NCBI GenBank assembly: GCA_002269645.1
Contig: NIVC01001036.1
Span: 248,001-312,000 of the forward strand
Length of the DNA: 64,000 nt
DNA from: Macrostomum lignano
Lineage: Eukaryota
Direction: 5' to 3'
In this document: in pieces, positions 39,076 through 49,930 of the stretch
Numbering within the stretch: the stretch's first letter is position 1
Layout: the number at the start of each line of letters is the position of its first letter
Made by a program: the position numbers and the translations under genes
The notes under the pieces: model-generated
The model's input: only the letters and a program-made list of their open reading frames with translations
The model's database searches: none
What the model was told of the DNA's origin: nothing

Positions 39076-39489
39076 AACCGTGCTATGATGGATAGCATAG
39101 CATAGTCAGAAGGTCAGTAGGGAGAGATGTGTCAGAATGGAAAAGGATATAGCGAGTCGCTAGAGTACGCGCGCGAGCACAGATACTACTGCAATGACTA
39201 TGGAAAGAAGTCGCTCTGTGCCCCAGCGCGTGACTGACAAAGTAAATGAAGCGAGTTTCGTACTGCGCCTGATGTATATCGGACTTCTGCATGAACACAA
39301 ACCAGATTCCCTAGCTAACAGAAAATAAGTTAAAAATACGAGCTACATGTCCGAAAAAAATTGCCATTCGGTTTGGCTATAATTCAAACTGCCACCTAAT
39401 TTTCTTTGTAATGCAGCTTAAAAAATTACGCAGGGTAATTTTTTTACCTTCTTTACCTTCTCTACAGGCTTTTCTCTACAAGTTAGCCC

Positions 39490-40480
39490 CTTTCCTGCCT
39501 ACCCTTCACTTCCCGCTACCCTACCCTCTCCTTCCCGCTACCCTCTCCTTCCCGCTACCTTCTCCTTCCCGCTACCCTCTCCTTCCCGCTACCCTCTCCT
39601 TCCCACTACCCTCTCCTTCCCGTTACCCTCTCCTTCCCGCTACCCTCTCCTTCCCGCTACCCTCTTCTTCCCGCTACCTTTTCCCTCCCGCTGCTACCCT
39701 CTCCTTTTCGCCACCCTCTCCTTCCCACTACCCTCTCCTTCCCGTTACCCTCTAGTTCCTTCCCGCTACCCTCTTCTTCCCGCTACCCTCTCCTTTCCGC
39801 TACCCTCTCCTTCCTGCTACCCTCTCCTTTCCGCTACCCTCTCCTTCCTGCTACCTTCTCCTTTCCGCTACCCTTTCCTTCCCGCTACCCTCTCCTTTTC
39901 GTTACCCTCTCCTTCCCGCTACCTTTTCCTTCTCGCTCCCTCTCCTTTTCGTTACCCTCTACTTCCCGCTACCCTCTCCTTCCTACTACCCTCTCCTTCC
40001 CGCTACCCTCTTCTTCCCGCTACCCTCTCCTTCCCGCTACCCTCTCCTTTCCGCTACCCTCTCCTTCCCGCTACCTTTTCCTTCCCGCTACCCTCTCCTT
40101 TTCGTTACCCTCTACTTCCGCTACCCTCTCCTTCCTACTACCCTCTCCTTCCCGCTACCCTCTTCTTCCCGCTACCCTCTCATTCCCGCTACCCTCTCCT
40201 TTCCGCTACCCTCTCCTTCCCGCTACACTTTCCTTCCCGCTACCCTCTCCTTTTCGTTACCCTCTACTTCCCGCTACCCTCTCCTTCCTACTACCCTCTC
40301 CTTCCCGCTACCCTCTTCTTCCCGCTACCCTCCCATTCCCGCTACCCTCTCCTTTCCGCTACCCTCTCCTTCCCGCTACCTTTTCCTTCCCGCTACCCTC
40401 TCCTTTTCGTTACCCTCTACTTCCCGCTACTCTCTCCTACTCGCTACCTTCTAGCTCCTTCCCGCTACCTTCTCGTTCTC
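39490..40480. repeat. 17-bp pyrimidine-rich minisatellite (CCTTCCCGCTACCCTCT)
   Basis: About 55 degenerate tandem units. Confidence 0.93.
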
Positions 40481-40755
40481 GCTGAAATTTCCTGCGAACT
40501 ACAGTGCACTCCTTGAATTAAAAATGGGCTAAGATAGCCGACCGTGATGCAAACCAACAACAGATATAACAAGCATTCAGATTCTACATAAAGTATATTC
40601 ATTTTAACTGCACTGCACTGCACTTGGCTACACTTCAATAATATATCTTAAAATATGGCCAAAAAATCCAGCCCTCTTGTGACCAGTTTCGCCTCTTCCA
40701 TCTTCCCACAGTTTTTCACACAATGGACATTGGTGAAAAGTAGGCAACGCTCCCA

Positions 40756-42333
40756 CTAGATGAGGCAGATGCTGCTCCAGATGATGGCGCTAGCAGCTGC
40801 AGCTGGGGCTGCGGCGGCGGCGGCGGCGGCGGCGCGGCGGCGGCGGCGGCGGCGCGGCGGCGGCGGTACGGGAGTATGGTGAAGCCGCCGCTGCCACTGC
40901 CTGCCGCTGTCTCTAGAGCCGGACGCCCAGATCTCTGGGATCGCCTGATCGCAGCTGCAATCTTCATCCCAGTGCTGTGACTGGCGAGCGCCGCCGCCAA
41001 AAACGACAGCAACTTCGTCGCCCGTCGAGTCAACTCGCTGATGTCGGGCCGTAGCGGACAGCAGAGGAGGCGGCGGCGGTGGCGGCAGCGGCGGCTGTGA
41101 AAACGATTCCCGCTGCCGATCCAGGTGCCTTCGACTTCGGCCGCTGCTTTCATCTCCTCGGTGCAGCCAGAAGAAGCAACAGCCGCGCTGCCTGTGGCAG
41201 CATCGGCAGAGACGCAGTGGCAGCCGGCCGAAGTCGCCATCGAATATCAGCAGCGCCAGCGGCTCAACGGCCGCCCTGGAGAAGCCGAGAATGGTGAGAA
41301 ACTTGTACAGCTCGACGGTGACACGGTACTGCGGGTCCATCAGGATCAGGGCGTACAGCGGATACCAGCAGATGAGATGCAGACACCACAGCCCGGCCAG
41401 CACCCTCTGCCGGTTGTACTTCGCCGATGCCAGCTGTCCGAGGCGCCTGGCGAAGCTCTCAACCGGCTGATCGGGCGGCTGGCTGGCGTCGCCGGCGCGG
41501 GCCTTGTAGAAGGCCAGCTTGGCGCCGATGGTGCGTCCGATGGTTCGGCGGAACACGGCCAGATAGTAGGCGGCCGCCATCAGCGCCAGGGACACGATCA
41601 GCACCCACATTGTGTACACAACGTAGTTCTTCACCTGGCCGTACACGAACAGGCATTTCTCGCCGCTCCTGCTGCTACTGGACGAGCGGGCGCCGGCGCC
41701 GGCGCCAACCACGCCGCGGCCAGTTGAAGCTTCGAAATTGGCACCGATGAGGGTCGGGCCGAGGTGCAGGATGGCGCTGCCAGTGTACACCAGCGACACG
41801 CCAAATAACACGCAGCAGACGGAGCCCTCCGGTTGGCGGCCCTCGGACGCCTGCCGACTATCAAAGAAGTACACCTCGCAGCAGGCCATGGCGACCAGAT
41901 TGAAGGCCGCCGTTGTCATCAGCACGATGTAGCTGGTGCCCAGCGAGTTGCAAGCGCTGCTGGACACGCCGCCGCCGTCAGAGACGAGGCCCCGGCCGAA
42001 CGGCAGGCAGTAGGCGGACATCGCCAGGTTGAGCAGCGCTGAGTGCCCTACGAACGCCGAGGAGAGTCGCCGGGTGCGCGGCCGGACCAGCAGGGAGGCC
42101 ATCAGCAGCGAGTTGGCGATGAGCCCGACTCCGGCGATGGCGAACATGGCGGCCTGCTCGAAGGCCTCGTGCAGCGAGTCGTCCTCGCCGTGCTGGTGCT
42201 CGTCCGGCCAGCCGGTGTCGCCTGGACCGGTCTGCATGAGCTGCCTTCGCGACCGGGTTGGCTGGGACTGCACGGGCGTGAGGATCTGGAGGGTCGGTGG
42301 ATGGCTTTCGTTAGTGTCTAGTGATGCCTGCAT
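40756..42333 (-). CDS. Orphan class A (rhodopsin-like) GPCR, single coding exon (start codon uncertain)
   Basis: Seven hydrophobic segments; TM1 GxxxN (GLIANSLL); Cys at the top of TM3 (ACNSLG) and in ECL2 (CLF); TM6 CWxP (ICWYPLY). DRY and NPxxY are replaced by EVY and EPLAL. Confidence 0.85.
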   Translation of the reverse strand: MQASLDTNESHPPTLQILTPVQSQPTRSRRQLMQTGPGDTGWPDEHQHGEDDSLHEAFEQAAMFAIAGVGLIANSLLMASLLVRPRTRRLSSAFVGHSALLNLAMSAYCLPFGRGLVSDGGGVSSSACNSLGTSYIVLMTTAAFNLVAMACCEVYFFDSRQASEGRQPEGSVCCVLFGVSLVYTGSAILHLGPTLIGANFEASTGRGVVGAGAGARSSSSSRSGEKCLFVYGQVKNYVVYTMWVLIVSLALMAAAYYLAVFRRTIGRTIGAKLAFYKARAGDASQPPDQPVESFARRLGQLASAKYNRQRVLAGLWCLHLICWYPLYALILMDPQYRVTVELYKFLTILGFSRAAVEPLALLIFDGDFGRLPLRLCRCCHRQRGCCFFWLHRGDESSGRSRRHLDRQRESFSQPPLPPPPPPPLLSATARHQRVDSTGDEVAVVFGGGARQSQHWDEDCSCDQAIPEIWASGSRDSGRQWQRRLHHTPVPPPPRRRRRRRAAAAAAAAAPAAAASAIIWSSICLI

Positions 42334-42334
42334 T

Positions 42335-42501
42335 TATTTACCCCAGCTAATGCTGGCACCCATTTTACAGCTGGGTGAACTGAAGCAATGCAGAGTTAAG
42401 TGTCCTGCTCAAGAACACTAAAATCGTTCCGACTAGGTCGAGAATCGAACCCCCGATCTTTCAGTGGTGAGTCCGACGCTCTGACCACTAGGCTACAACC
42501 C
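42335..42501 (-). mobile_element. tRNA-derived SINE with a CORE (MIR-like) domain
   Basis: Minus strand: GGGTTGTAGCCTAGTGGTCAGAGCG (A box), GGTTCGATTC (B box), then GTGTTCTTGAGCAGGACACTTAAC...CAGCTGTAAAATGGG, resembling the MIR/CORE consensus recalled from memory. Confidence 0.75.
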
Positions 42502-42879
42502 AGTGAAGAATAACTATATTTATAAATCAACAACTGACAGAATGAAAGTACAAAGAGCTCAGACTATCAGTTCCCTTCTACATGCCCCCGCGAGGGAGGT
42601 GTGCGGAGCACTCATTTTGCCAGAATTTTCTTCTACCAAAATCTATCCGAGGCTGAAAGGGTCAAGCGATTTCCCAGGAGAATTCCGTTCGGGAGATTTT
42701 TTTCACGCTGCCCTTAGGCAGTTGGAATATTTTTTCGGTGCCAAAGGCACAACTTTCTGCCCCTGCGTTTCCACTGCACTGCCAATGTACGTGTCATCTT
42801 GTCTGTTTAACTCTGGAGTGGTCTTTTTACATTCTGGCTAAAGTTGTTGAAATTATTGATTAGGGGGACGAATAGGGGT

Positions 42880-44645
42880 ACCATGAGATGCTTAGTGGGG
42901 TCTGTCATGAGATGCTTGATGTTGTGTGTGTCATGAGATGCTTAATGGGGTGTGCCATGAGATGCTTGAAGTGGTGTGTGTCATGAGATGCTTAATGGGG
43001 TGTGCCATGAGATGCTTGATGTGGTGTGTGTCATGAGATGCTTAATGGGGTGTGCCATGAGATGCTTGATGTGGTGTGTGTCATGAGATGCTTAATGGGG
43101 TGTGTCATGAGATGCTTAATGGGGTGTGTCATGAGATGCTTAATGGGGTGTGCCATGAGATGCTTGATGTGGTGTGTGTGTCATGAGAAGCCTAATGGTG
43201 TGTGTCATGAGATGCCTAATGGGGTGTGCCATGAGATGCTTGATGGGGTGTGCCATGAGATGCTTGATGTGGTGTGTGTCATGAGATGCTTAATGGGGTG
43301 TGCCATGAGATGCTTAATGGGGTGTGCCATGAGATGCTTGATGGGGTGTGCCATGAGATGCTTAATGGGATGAGCCATGAGATGCTTAATGGGGTATGCC
43401 ATGAGATGTCTAATGGGGTGTGCTATGAGATGCTTAATGGGGTGTGCCATGAGATGCCATGAGATGCTTAATGGGGTGTGTCATGAGATGCTTAATGGAG
43501 TGTGCCATGAGATGTTTGATGGGGTTCGTGCCATGAGATGCTTGATGGGGTATGCCATTAGATGCTTGATGGGGTGTGCCATGAGATACTTAATTGGGTG
43601 TGCCATGAGATGCTTAATGGGTTGTTTGATGAGATGCTTTATAGGTGAGCCATGAGATGCTTTATGGAGTGTGTGTCATGAGATGCTTGATGGGGTGTGA
43701 TATGAGATGTTTAATGGGGTGAGCCATGAGTTGTTTAATGGGGTGTGCCATGAGATGCCATGAGATGTTTAATGGGGTGTGCCATGAGATGTCTAATGGG
43801 GTGTGCCATGAGATGCTTAATGGGGTGTGCCATGAGATGCTTGATGGGGTGTGTACCATGAGATGCTTGATGGGGTGTGCTATGAGATGCTTGATGGGGT
43901 GTGTGCCATGAGATGCTTGATGGGGTGTGTGCCATGAGATTCTTGATGGGGTGTGTACCATGAGATGCTTGATGGGGTGTGCTATGAGATGCTTGATGGG
44001 GTGTGTGCCATGAGATGCTTGATGGGGTGTGCCATGAGATGCTTGATGGGTGTGTGCCATGAGATGCTTGATGGGGTGTGCCATGAGATGCTTGATGGGG
44101 TGTGTGCCATGAGATGGCATGAGATGTCTAATGGGGTGTGCTATGAGATGCTTAATGGGGTGTGCCATGAGATGCTTGATGGGGTGTGCCATGAGATGTC
44201 TAATGGGTGTGCCATGAGATGCTTGATGGGGTGTGTGCCATGAGATGGCATGAGATGTCTAATGGGGTGTGCTATGAGATGCTTAATGGGGTGTGCTATG
44301 AGATGCTTAATGGGGTGTGCTATGAGATGCTTAATGGGGTGTGCTATGAGATGCTTGATGGGGTGTGCCATGAGATGCTTAATGGGGTGTGCTATGAGAT
44401 GCTTGATGGGGTGTGCTATGAGATGCTTAATGGGGTGTGCTATGAGATGCTTAATGGGGTGTGCTATGAGATGCTTAATGGGGTGTGCTATGAGATGCTT
44501 AATGGGGTGTGCTATGAGATGCTTAATGGGGTGTGCTATGAGATGCTTGATGGGGTGTGTGCCATGAGATGCTTGATGGGGTGTGTGCCATGAGATGCTT
44601 GATGGGGTGTGTACCATGAGATGTATAAAGAGGCGTCATGAGATG
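42880..44645. repeat. About 24-bp minisatellite (CCATGAGATGCTTAATGGGGTGTG)
   Basis: About 70 variable units (24-26 bp). Confidence 0.96.
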
Positions 44646-45354
44646 CTGAGTAGTGGGAGTCCTGAGATGAAGGCGATCCGTCTTCCGGGATGCCAGAAGC
44701 CATCAACTCGGCGAATAATCCCGCCGCAACTCACCCTCACTGCACCGAGAACAGCACCTTGCCTGAATCCTCAAATCCGCCTCCCATCCCCTCAGAATCT
44801 CCAGCGAATGGAGCAGCGATAGCCGCAGGGGGTTGTTGGGGCTGTTCGACCGGACATGAATAATTCAGATAACGAAAGAATGAATGAGTTGCAAGCAGCA
44901 AAAAGTTAAATTTTCAGCCACACGGCTAAGAAGAGGATGGAAACGAGCCGCGTAAGGCTTGGCTCGGTCTATGGGCGATGAAGCGAGCACTTTCTCCCGA
45001 TGAGGCGTTGTAGTTCTCGCAGCTTCCTATTGGAGCAACCGTCCAGCCTTCTAGTGTCAGATATAGAGGCTTAGCGCTAATGCCTCAGCGGCCCGCAGGG
45101 AGACGCAAGAAGCAGGGCAGGCCCCCTGCAGCGCGTATTACTATATCTTCCCAGCTGCCAGAACACCGAATCTCCGTACAAATCCAGCCCCAGAAAACAT
45201 AGCAGCCTCTATAGTGTGAGAAAGTTAAAGACAAAAACATACGAGTAGATATCGAATTTGTGCACAGGGAAAGACCATTGAGGGTTGGATAAAATCGAGG
45301 GAGTGTGCCAGATGGCATGTACTGAAGACTGTCGCAAAGGCTGCGAATATAGAA

Positions 45355-46025
45355 GGCTCACCTGGAGCTCTTCTTGTCACCCCTGACTCACCTGTAGCTC
45401 TCCCTGTCACTGGATTACCTTACCTGGTAAGTATCCCTGGCACCCCTGTCTCACCTGGAGCTCTCCCTGTCACCGGATCACCTGCTAAGCATCCCTGTCT
45501 CACCTGGAGCTCTCCCTGTCACCGGATCACCTGCTGAGCATTCCTGTCTCACCTGGAGCTCTCCCTGTCACCGGATCACCTGCTGAGCATTCCTGTCTCC
45601 CTAGAGCTCTCCCTGTCACCGGATCACCTGCTGAGCATCCCTGTCTCACCTGGAGCTCTCCCTGTCACCGGATCACCTGCTGAGCATTCCTGTCTCCCTG
45701 GAGCTCTCCCTGTCACCGGATCACCTGCTGAGCATTCCTGTCTCACCTGGAGCTCTCCCTGTCACCGGATCACCTGCTGAGCATTCCTGTCTCACCTGGA
45801 GCTCTCCCTGTCACCGGATCACCTGCTGAGCATTCCTGTCTCACCTGGAGCTCTCCCTGTCACCGGATCACCTGCTGAGCATTCCTGTCTCACCTGGAGC
45901 TCTCCCTGTCACCGGATCACCTGCTGAGCATTCCTGTCTCACCTGGAGCTCTCCCTGTCACCGGATCACCTGCTGAGCATTCCTGTCTTACCTGGAGCTC
46001 TCCCTATAACCGGATCACACACTGA
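45355..46025. repeat. 49-bp minisatellite (CACCTGGAGCTCTCCCTGTCACCGGATCACCTGCTGAGCATTCCTGTCT)
   Basis: About 12 units; 49-bp period (e.g. 45842 and 45891). Confidence 0.94.
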
Positions 46026-46664
46026 GCAATCCCTCTAAAAAATCCTGAACGGCATTGCCCCTTAGGTACTTGGCACCCAATACTTTTTGGATAGTTAATT
46101 AGCCTTAGAGCTGGGCTTGCCACTGTAGCAGAAGGCTAGCTAAGGCATATTTCCATCGTCCATTCGTCAGTTCCACCCTCCTCACACTCAACTCTGTCAA
46201 GGATGAAAACTGCAGTTAACCTGAGAGACTCGAAAGTCCAGACGGTTACATTTTTGGAGCTTTTAGGCACGTGAATTCGAAACACAATCTTAATGAGGCA
46301 AGTTAGCATTGAGATTGAGTGCTCTGTAGGTGGGGGGGGAGTGTAGGTGGCGCGAATACTGCCAACGAATTCAGCCGCAGAATATGGAACTGCAAAACAC
46401 ACTGGGCCGCACATGCTAAACTGCGCAATAGCCTGCCGATCGTGGGGTGGCGGCCGCCCGCCTTCTATTGGGCGTAATTCAAATAAGAGACCAGCCGGGC
46501 CAGATGCAAGGTGCCAGCATAGTGTAGATAAACAGTAGAAGTAAAGACGGAAACAATTCTACTCAAAATTTCATTTCAAAGCCATTGCGTCACCCGACTC
46601 CAACTCAATTCGCTCCTTCTGACACAATAAAGACAGAGCTCACGAGCTGAGTACAGTGTGAGCA

Positions 46665-48188
46665 GTGCTCATGGCCAGCCGCATTCTCAGCTTGTTTAAC
46701 TGCGCCGGAGACAGCAGCACAGGAGACGGCAAGCGGCCCCTCCATCGGAAGAAGAAGAAGAAAAGAAGCGACAGAGCCGGAGGTAAAAGACCGGTGGGCA
46801 ACCCGGACTCGCCGGAAGAGTCCTACAGATTTGCCGCGGCCGCAGTACCGCAGCTTGGCGACGTAGCGGACGGAGACGGCGGCGACGGCGACGGTCTCGG
46901 CTGGCGCACCTTCAACTACCTGTGCGACAAGGAGCAGAGCAGCGGCGGCTACAGCCTGGCCCAGGTGCACTTCGCCAGCCGCAGGCCGCTGCGGGCCCGT
47001 CGTCAGTTCGGCGCCGAGACCGAATTCTGGTGCTCCTTCGCTGGCAAGCAGCGGCAGCTCGAGGCCCGTCTGGTATGTCTGCGGCCGGACTGCGGACTCC
47101 GGAGCGGCCAGCAGCAGCCGACCAGGTGTCCGACGTCAGTCATCGCCATCTCCCCGATCGGGCGGCACCAAGCCCGCTGCCGCAACCTGGAATCCACGCA
47201 TGGCCAGCTGCTCCTCCAGCTGGGCCGCCAGCTGTTCCACGCGCCGCTGCTAGCCAGGCCGCGCGAGGCCACCCGCCTGATGACCGACTGCGCTGCCTTC
47301 TGCATCGCCCAGCAGAGGCTGCTGTTTGCCGTCTCCTCCGACTTTAGCTTGCTGAAGTGCGCGCCGCTCCAGCGTCTGGCCATTGACGGAGCTTCAGCAG
47401 CTCGACAGCGGCTGATTTGGCGCCGCAGCTGGCGGCTGAAATCCCTCCTGCTGGCTGCCGGCTCAGCGGCAGAAACGGCGGCCGACGACGACTTTGACGA
47501 CTTAAACGACGACGATGAACAAGACTCAGGAGGTTCCGACGACAACGACGGCGACGGCGACGAAGATGACGACGAAGAGGAAAACGGTGTCGCCGAGGGT
47601 CCGGCGGGTTGCCACACGCTGGCGCACTGGCAGGCCGGCCACAGACTTTTCCTGGCCTCCAGACGCCGCGTCTGGGCGGTGGACGTCTCCGACGCCGGCT
47701 TCGATGAGGAGGATGACGATGATGATGAGGCGGAGACAGACGATGAGGCCGAGCAGCTGGACGGGACGCGCTGGGTTCCGCAACCGGCAGACGCCCGGTG
47801 CGCATTCAGCCTGCCTTCCAAGCCGGGCTCGAGCTTCCGCCGCGTCACCGACCTGGCCGTCGATCCGCGCGGCCTGCTGTTTGTCTGCGACGCCGGCGCC
47901 AACCGGGTGCTCGTCTTCGACGCCCGCAACGGCAGCCGCCTGGCCGAGCTGGGCGGGCGCGAGTTCCGACCGGACGTGCTGCTGATGAAGCACCTGCTGC
48001 CCGAGGAGGGCCCCGGCTCCGCCTACCGCCGGCCGGGCCGGCTGCGCAAGTCAAGCGGTGTCTGCGCCTATCAGCGCGACGCCGGCTGCGGCAGCCGCGC
48101 CTTCCTGCTGCTGGTCACCGGCGGCTTTGGCTGCGCCGGCCAGACGTTCGACGTGACGGGACTCCGGCCGGGATCGGCACAGTGCTGA
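46665..48188 (+). CDS. NHL-repeat-like/beta-propeller protein with acidic tracts, single exon
   Basis: 507-aa GC-rich ORF; NHL-type segment FRRVTDLAVDPRGLLFVCDAGANRVLVFD; basic KKKKKR stretch; two Asp/Glu-rich tracts. Confidence 0.72.
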   Translation: MLMASRILSLFNCAGDSSTGDGKRPLHRKKKKKRSDRAGGKRPVGNPDSPEESYRFAAAAVPQLGDVADGDGGDGDGLGWRTFNYLCDKEQSSGGYSLAQVHFASRRPLRARRQFGAETEFWCSFAGKQRQLEARLVCLRPDCGLRSGQQQPTRCPTSVIAISPIGRHQARCRNLESTHGQLLLQLGRQLFHAPLLARPREATRLMTDCAAFCIAQQRLLFAVSSDFSLLKCAPLQRLAIDGASAARQRLIWRRSWRLKSLLLAAGSAAETAADDDFDDLNDDDEQDSGGSDDNDGDGDEDDDEEENGVAEGPAGCHTLAHWQAGHRLFLASRRRVWAVDVSDAGFDEEDDDDDEAETDDEAEQLDGTRWVPQPADARCAFSLPSKPGSSFRRVTDLAVDPRGLLFVCDAGANRVLVFDARNGSRLAELGGREFRPDVLLMKHLLPEEGPGSAYRRPGRLRKSSGVCAYQRDAGCGSRAFLLLVTGGFGCAGQTFDVTGLRPGSAQC

Positions 48189-48329
48189 TCATCCTGATTG
48201 CAGTACATTCTGTACTTTTTTATTGGTTTCAGCGTCTCAGTACTGTTTTTTGTAACCACATTCAATATGGGATTCATGCTAGCATTGAGGACAAGTTGGT
48301 CGCTTCCCAGCCTGACAGCCTCATCAATC

Positions 48330-48715
48330 TGACAGGAACAGCTCTGATCTGACAGACACACTCACCAATCTGTCAGACACACTCACCAATCTGTCAGACA
48401 CACTCACCAATCTGTCAGACACCCTCACCAATCTGTCAGACACACTCACCAATCTGTCAGACACACTCACCAATCTGTCAGACACACTCACCAATCTGTC
48501 AGACACACTCACCAATCTGTCAGACACACTCACCAATCTGTCAGACACCCTCACCAATCTGTCAGACACCCTCACCAATCTGTCAGACACCCTCACCAAT
48601 CTGTCAGACACACTCACCAATCTGTCAGACACCCTCACCAATCTGTCAGACACCCTCACCAATCTGTCAGACACACTCACCAATCTGTCAGACATGCTCA
48701 CCAATCTGTCATATA
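48330..48715. repeat. 21-bp minisatellite (CACCAATCTGTCAGACACACT)
   Basis: About 18 units. Confidence 0.95.
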
Positions 48716-49584
48716 TCATGAGTTTCCTTATATCTTATACGAGTACCTGAATTGGAAAACTTTCTTTAAAGTGCACGATGTCCTAGGAAACTAAGTTTTT
48801 ATAGAAAGAACATTCCATACTCACCGGATAAGTATACGCTCGTAAGTACTAAAGAGAATCATCCAAGTTCAATTCTTTTATTAAATGTCTTACAACATTA
48901 TTTAGCTTGAAAGCATCTTCAATTCCCCCTAATACTTCTCTCTACTAATACTATATGAATTGTGTCGGCCGTTGCGCGCCGCATATCAATGCTAAGCCAA
49001 GGAGCCAAGGAAACTTTTTATTTGTTTCCAAAAGTGTCTGCGCTCAGTGCAGCTGGCTCACTTGCAGCCCTGGAGCTGGCGCCAGTCTGTGCACACGGCA
49101 CCCCAGAGCCAGCTAGCCGTCCGACAGACGATCCGGGGAGATTGTTAAAATCGATCTCAGCGCGGTAGAAGAGCTTCTTGTTCTCGAAATATAGAAATGG
49201 AATTAGCAAAAAGAATTGGCTATTGCTGCTTTGGCTTCTAGGAGCAGAAGAAAATTCTCTATTAATCTTAACACACCTTGGCGCAGTGTGCGTACTGGGG
49301 GAGAGCCACAGTCACCTCGGTCGAGTGCTTGGGGAAAAAATAGACTGAGATTTATAAGACTTACAATTGGCGCTGCTGATATTTAGCTGCTTGAGGTAAA
49401 AGTCTGGCGTTATTAATCATTCATTCTTCCGAATCGAAAGCTGTGACATTGCTGAAACTGAATTCTGCTTTTCACAGATTCGAAGAAAAATAAAGGAAGG
49501 ACCACATGCGGTCTGCGAAGCCTCTCTATCCGGCCATCGGGTCTTTTGAAACTTCACAATAGCAATCCGGCCCGGTCAAGGTTT

Positions 49585-49930
49585 GTGTCTCTTCTCAGCT
49601 CTCTTCTCTCTCCTCTCTCCTAATTCAGTCTTCTCTCCTCTCTTCTCTCCTTTCTCTCTCCTCTCTCCTTTCCCCTCTTCTCTCTTCTCTCCTCTCTCCT
49701 CTCCTCTCCTCTCCTCTCTCTCCTCTCTCCTCTCCCCTCTCCTCTCCCCTCCCCTTTACTCTCAGCTTCTCTCATTTAATCTCTCATCTCATCTATCTTC
49801 TCCTCTCCTCTCTCCTCTCCTCTCTCCTGTCTCTCCTTTCCTCTTTCATTTCTCTCCTTTAATCTCTCATCTCATCTTTCCTTCTCTCTCTCTCTCTCTC
49901 TCCTCTATTCCTTTCCTTTCCTCTCTCATC
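49585..49930. repeat. CT-rich low-complexity tract
   Basis: Degenerate CTCTC/CTCTT units. Confidence 0.9.

Noticed and set aside
40716-42421. Overlapping alternative-frame and antisense ORFs over the GPCR
   Set aside because: Shadow ORFs from high GC content; the same applies over the NHL-like gene, ASPG and BBS2 exons.
42421-42501. Functional tRNA gene
   Set aside because: The acceptor stem and anticodon arm are not convincing, and it continues into a CORE-like SINE body.
43026-44617. Multiple Cys/Met/His-rich ORFs resembling metallothionein
   Set aside because: Translation of the 24-bp minisatellite.
44650-45330. Protein-like stretch on the minus strand (QPQQPPAAIAAPFAGDSEGMGG...) with possible donors
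   Set aside because: No convincing acceptor or start, no recognisable homology, and no compatible neighbouring exon.
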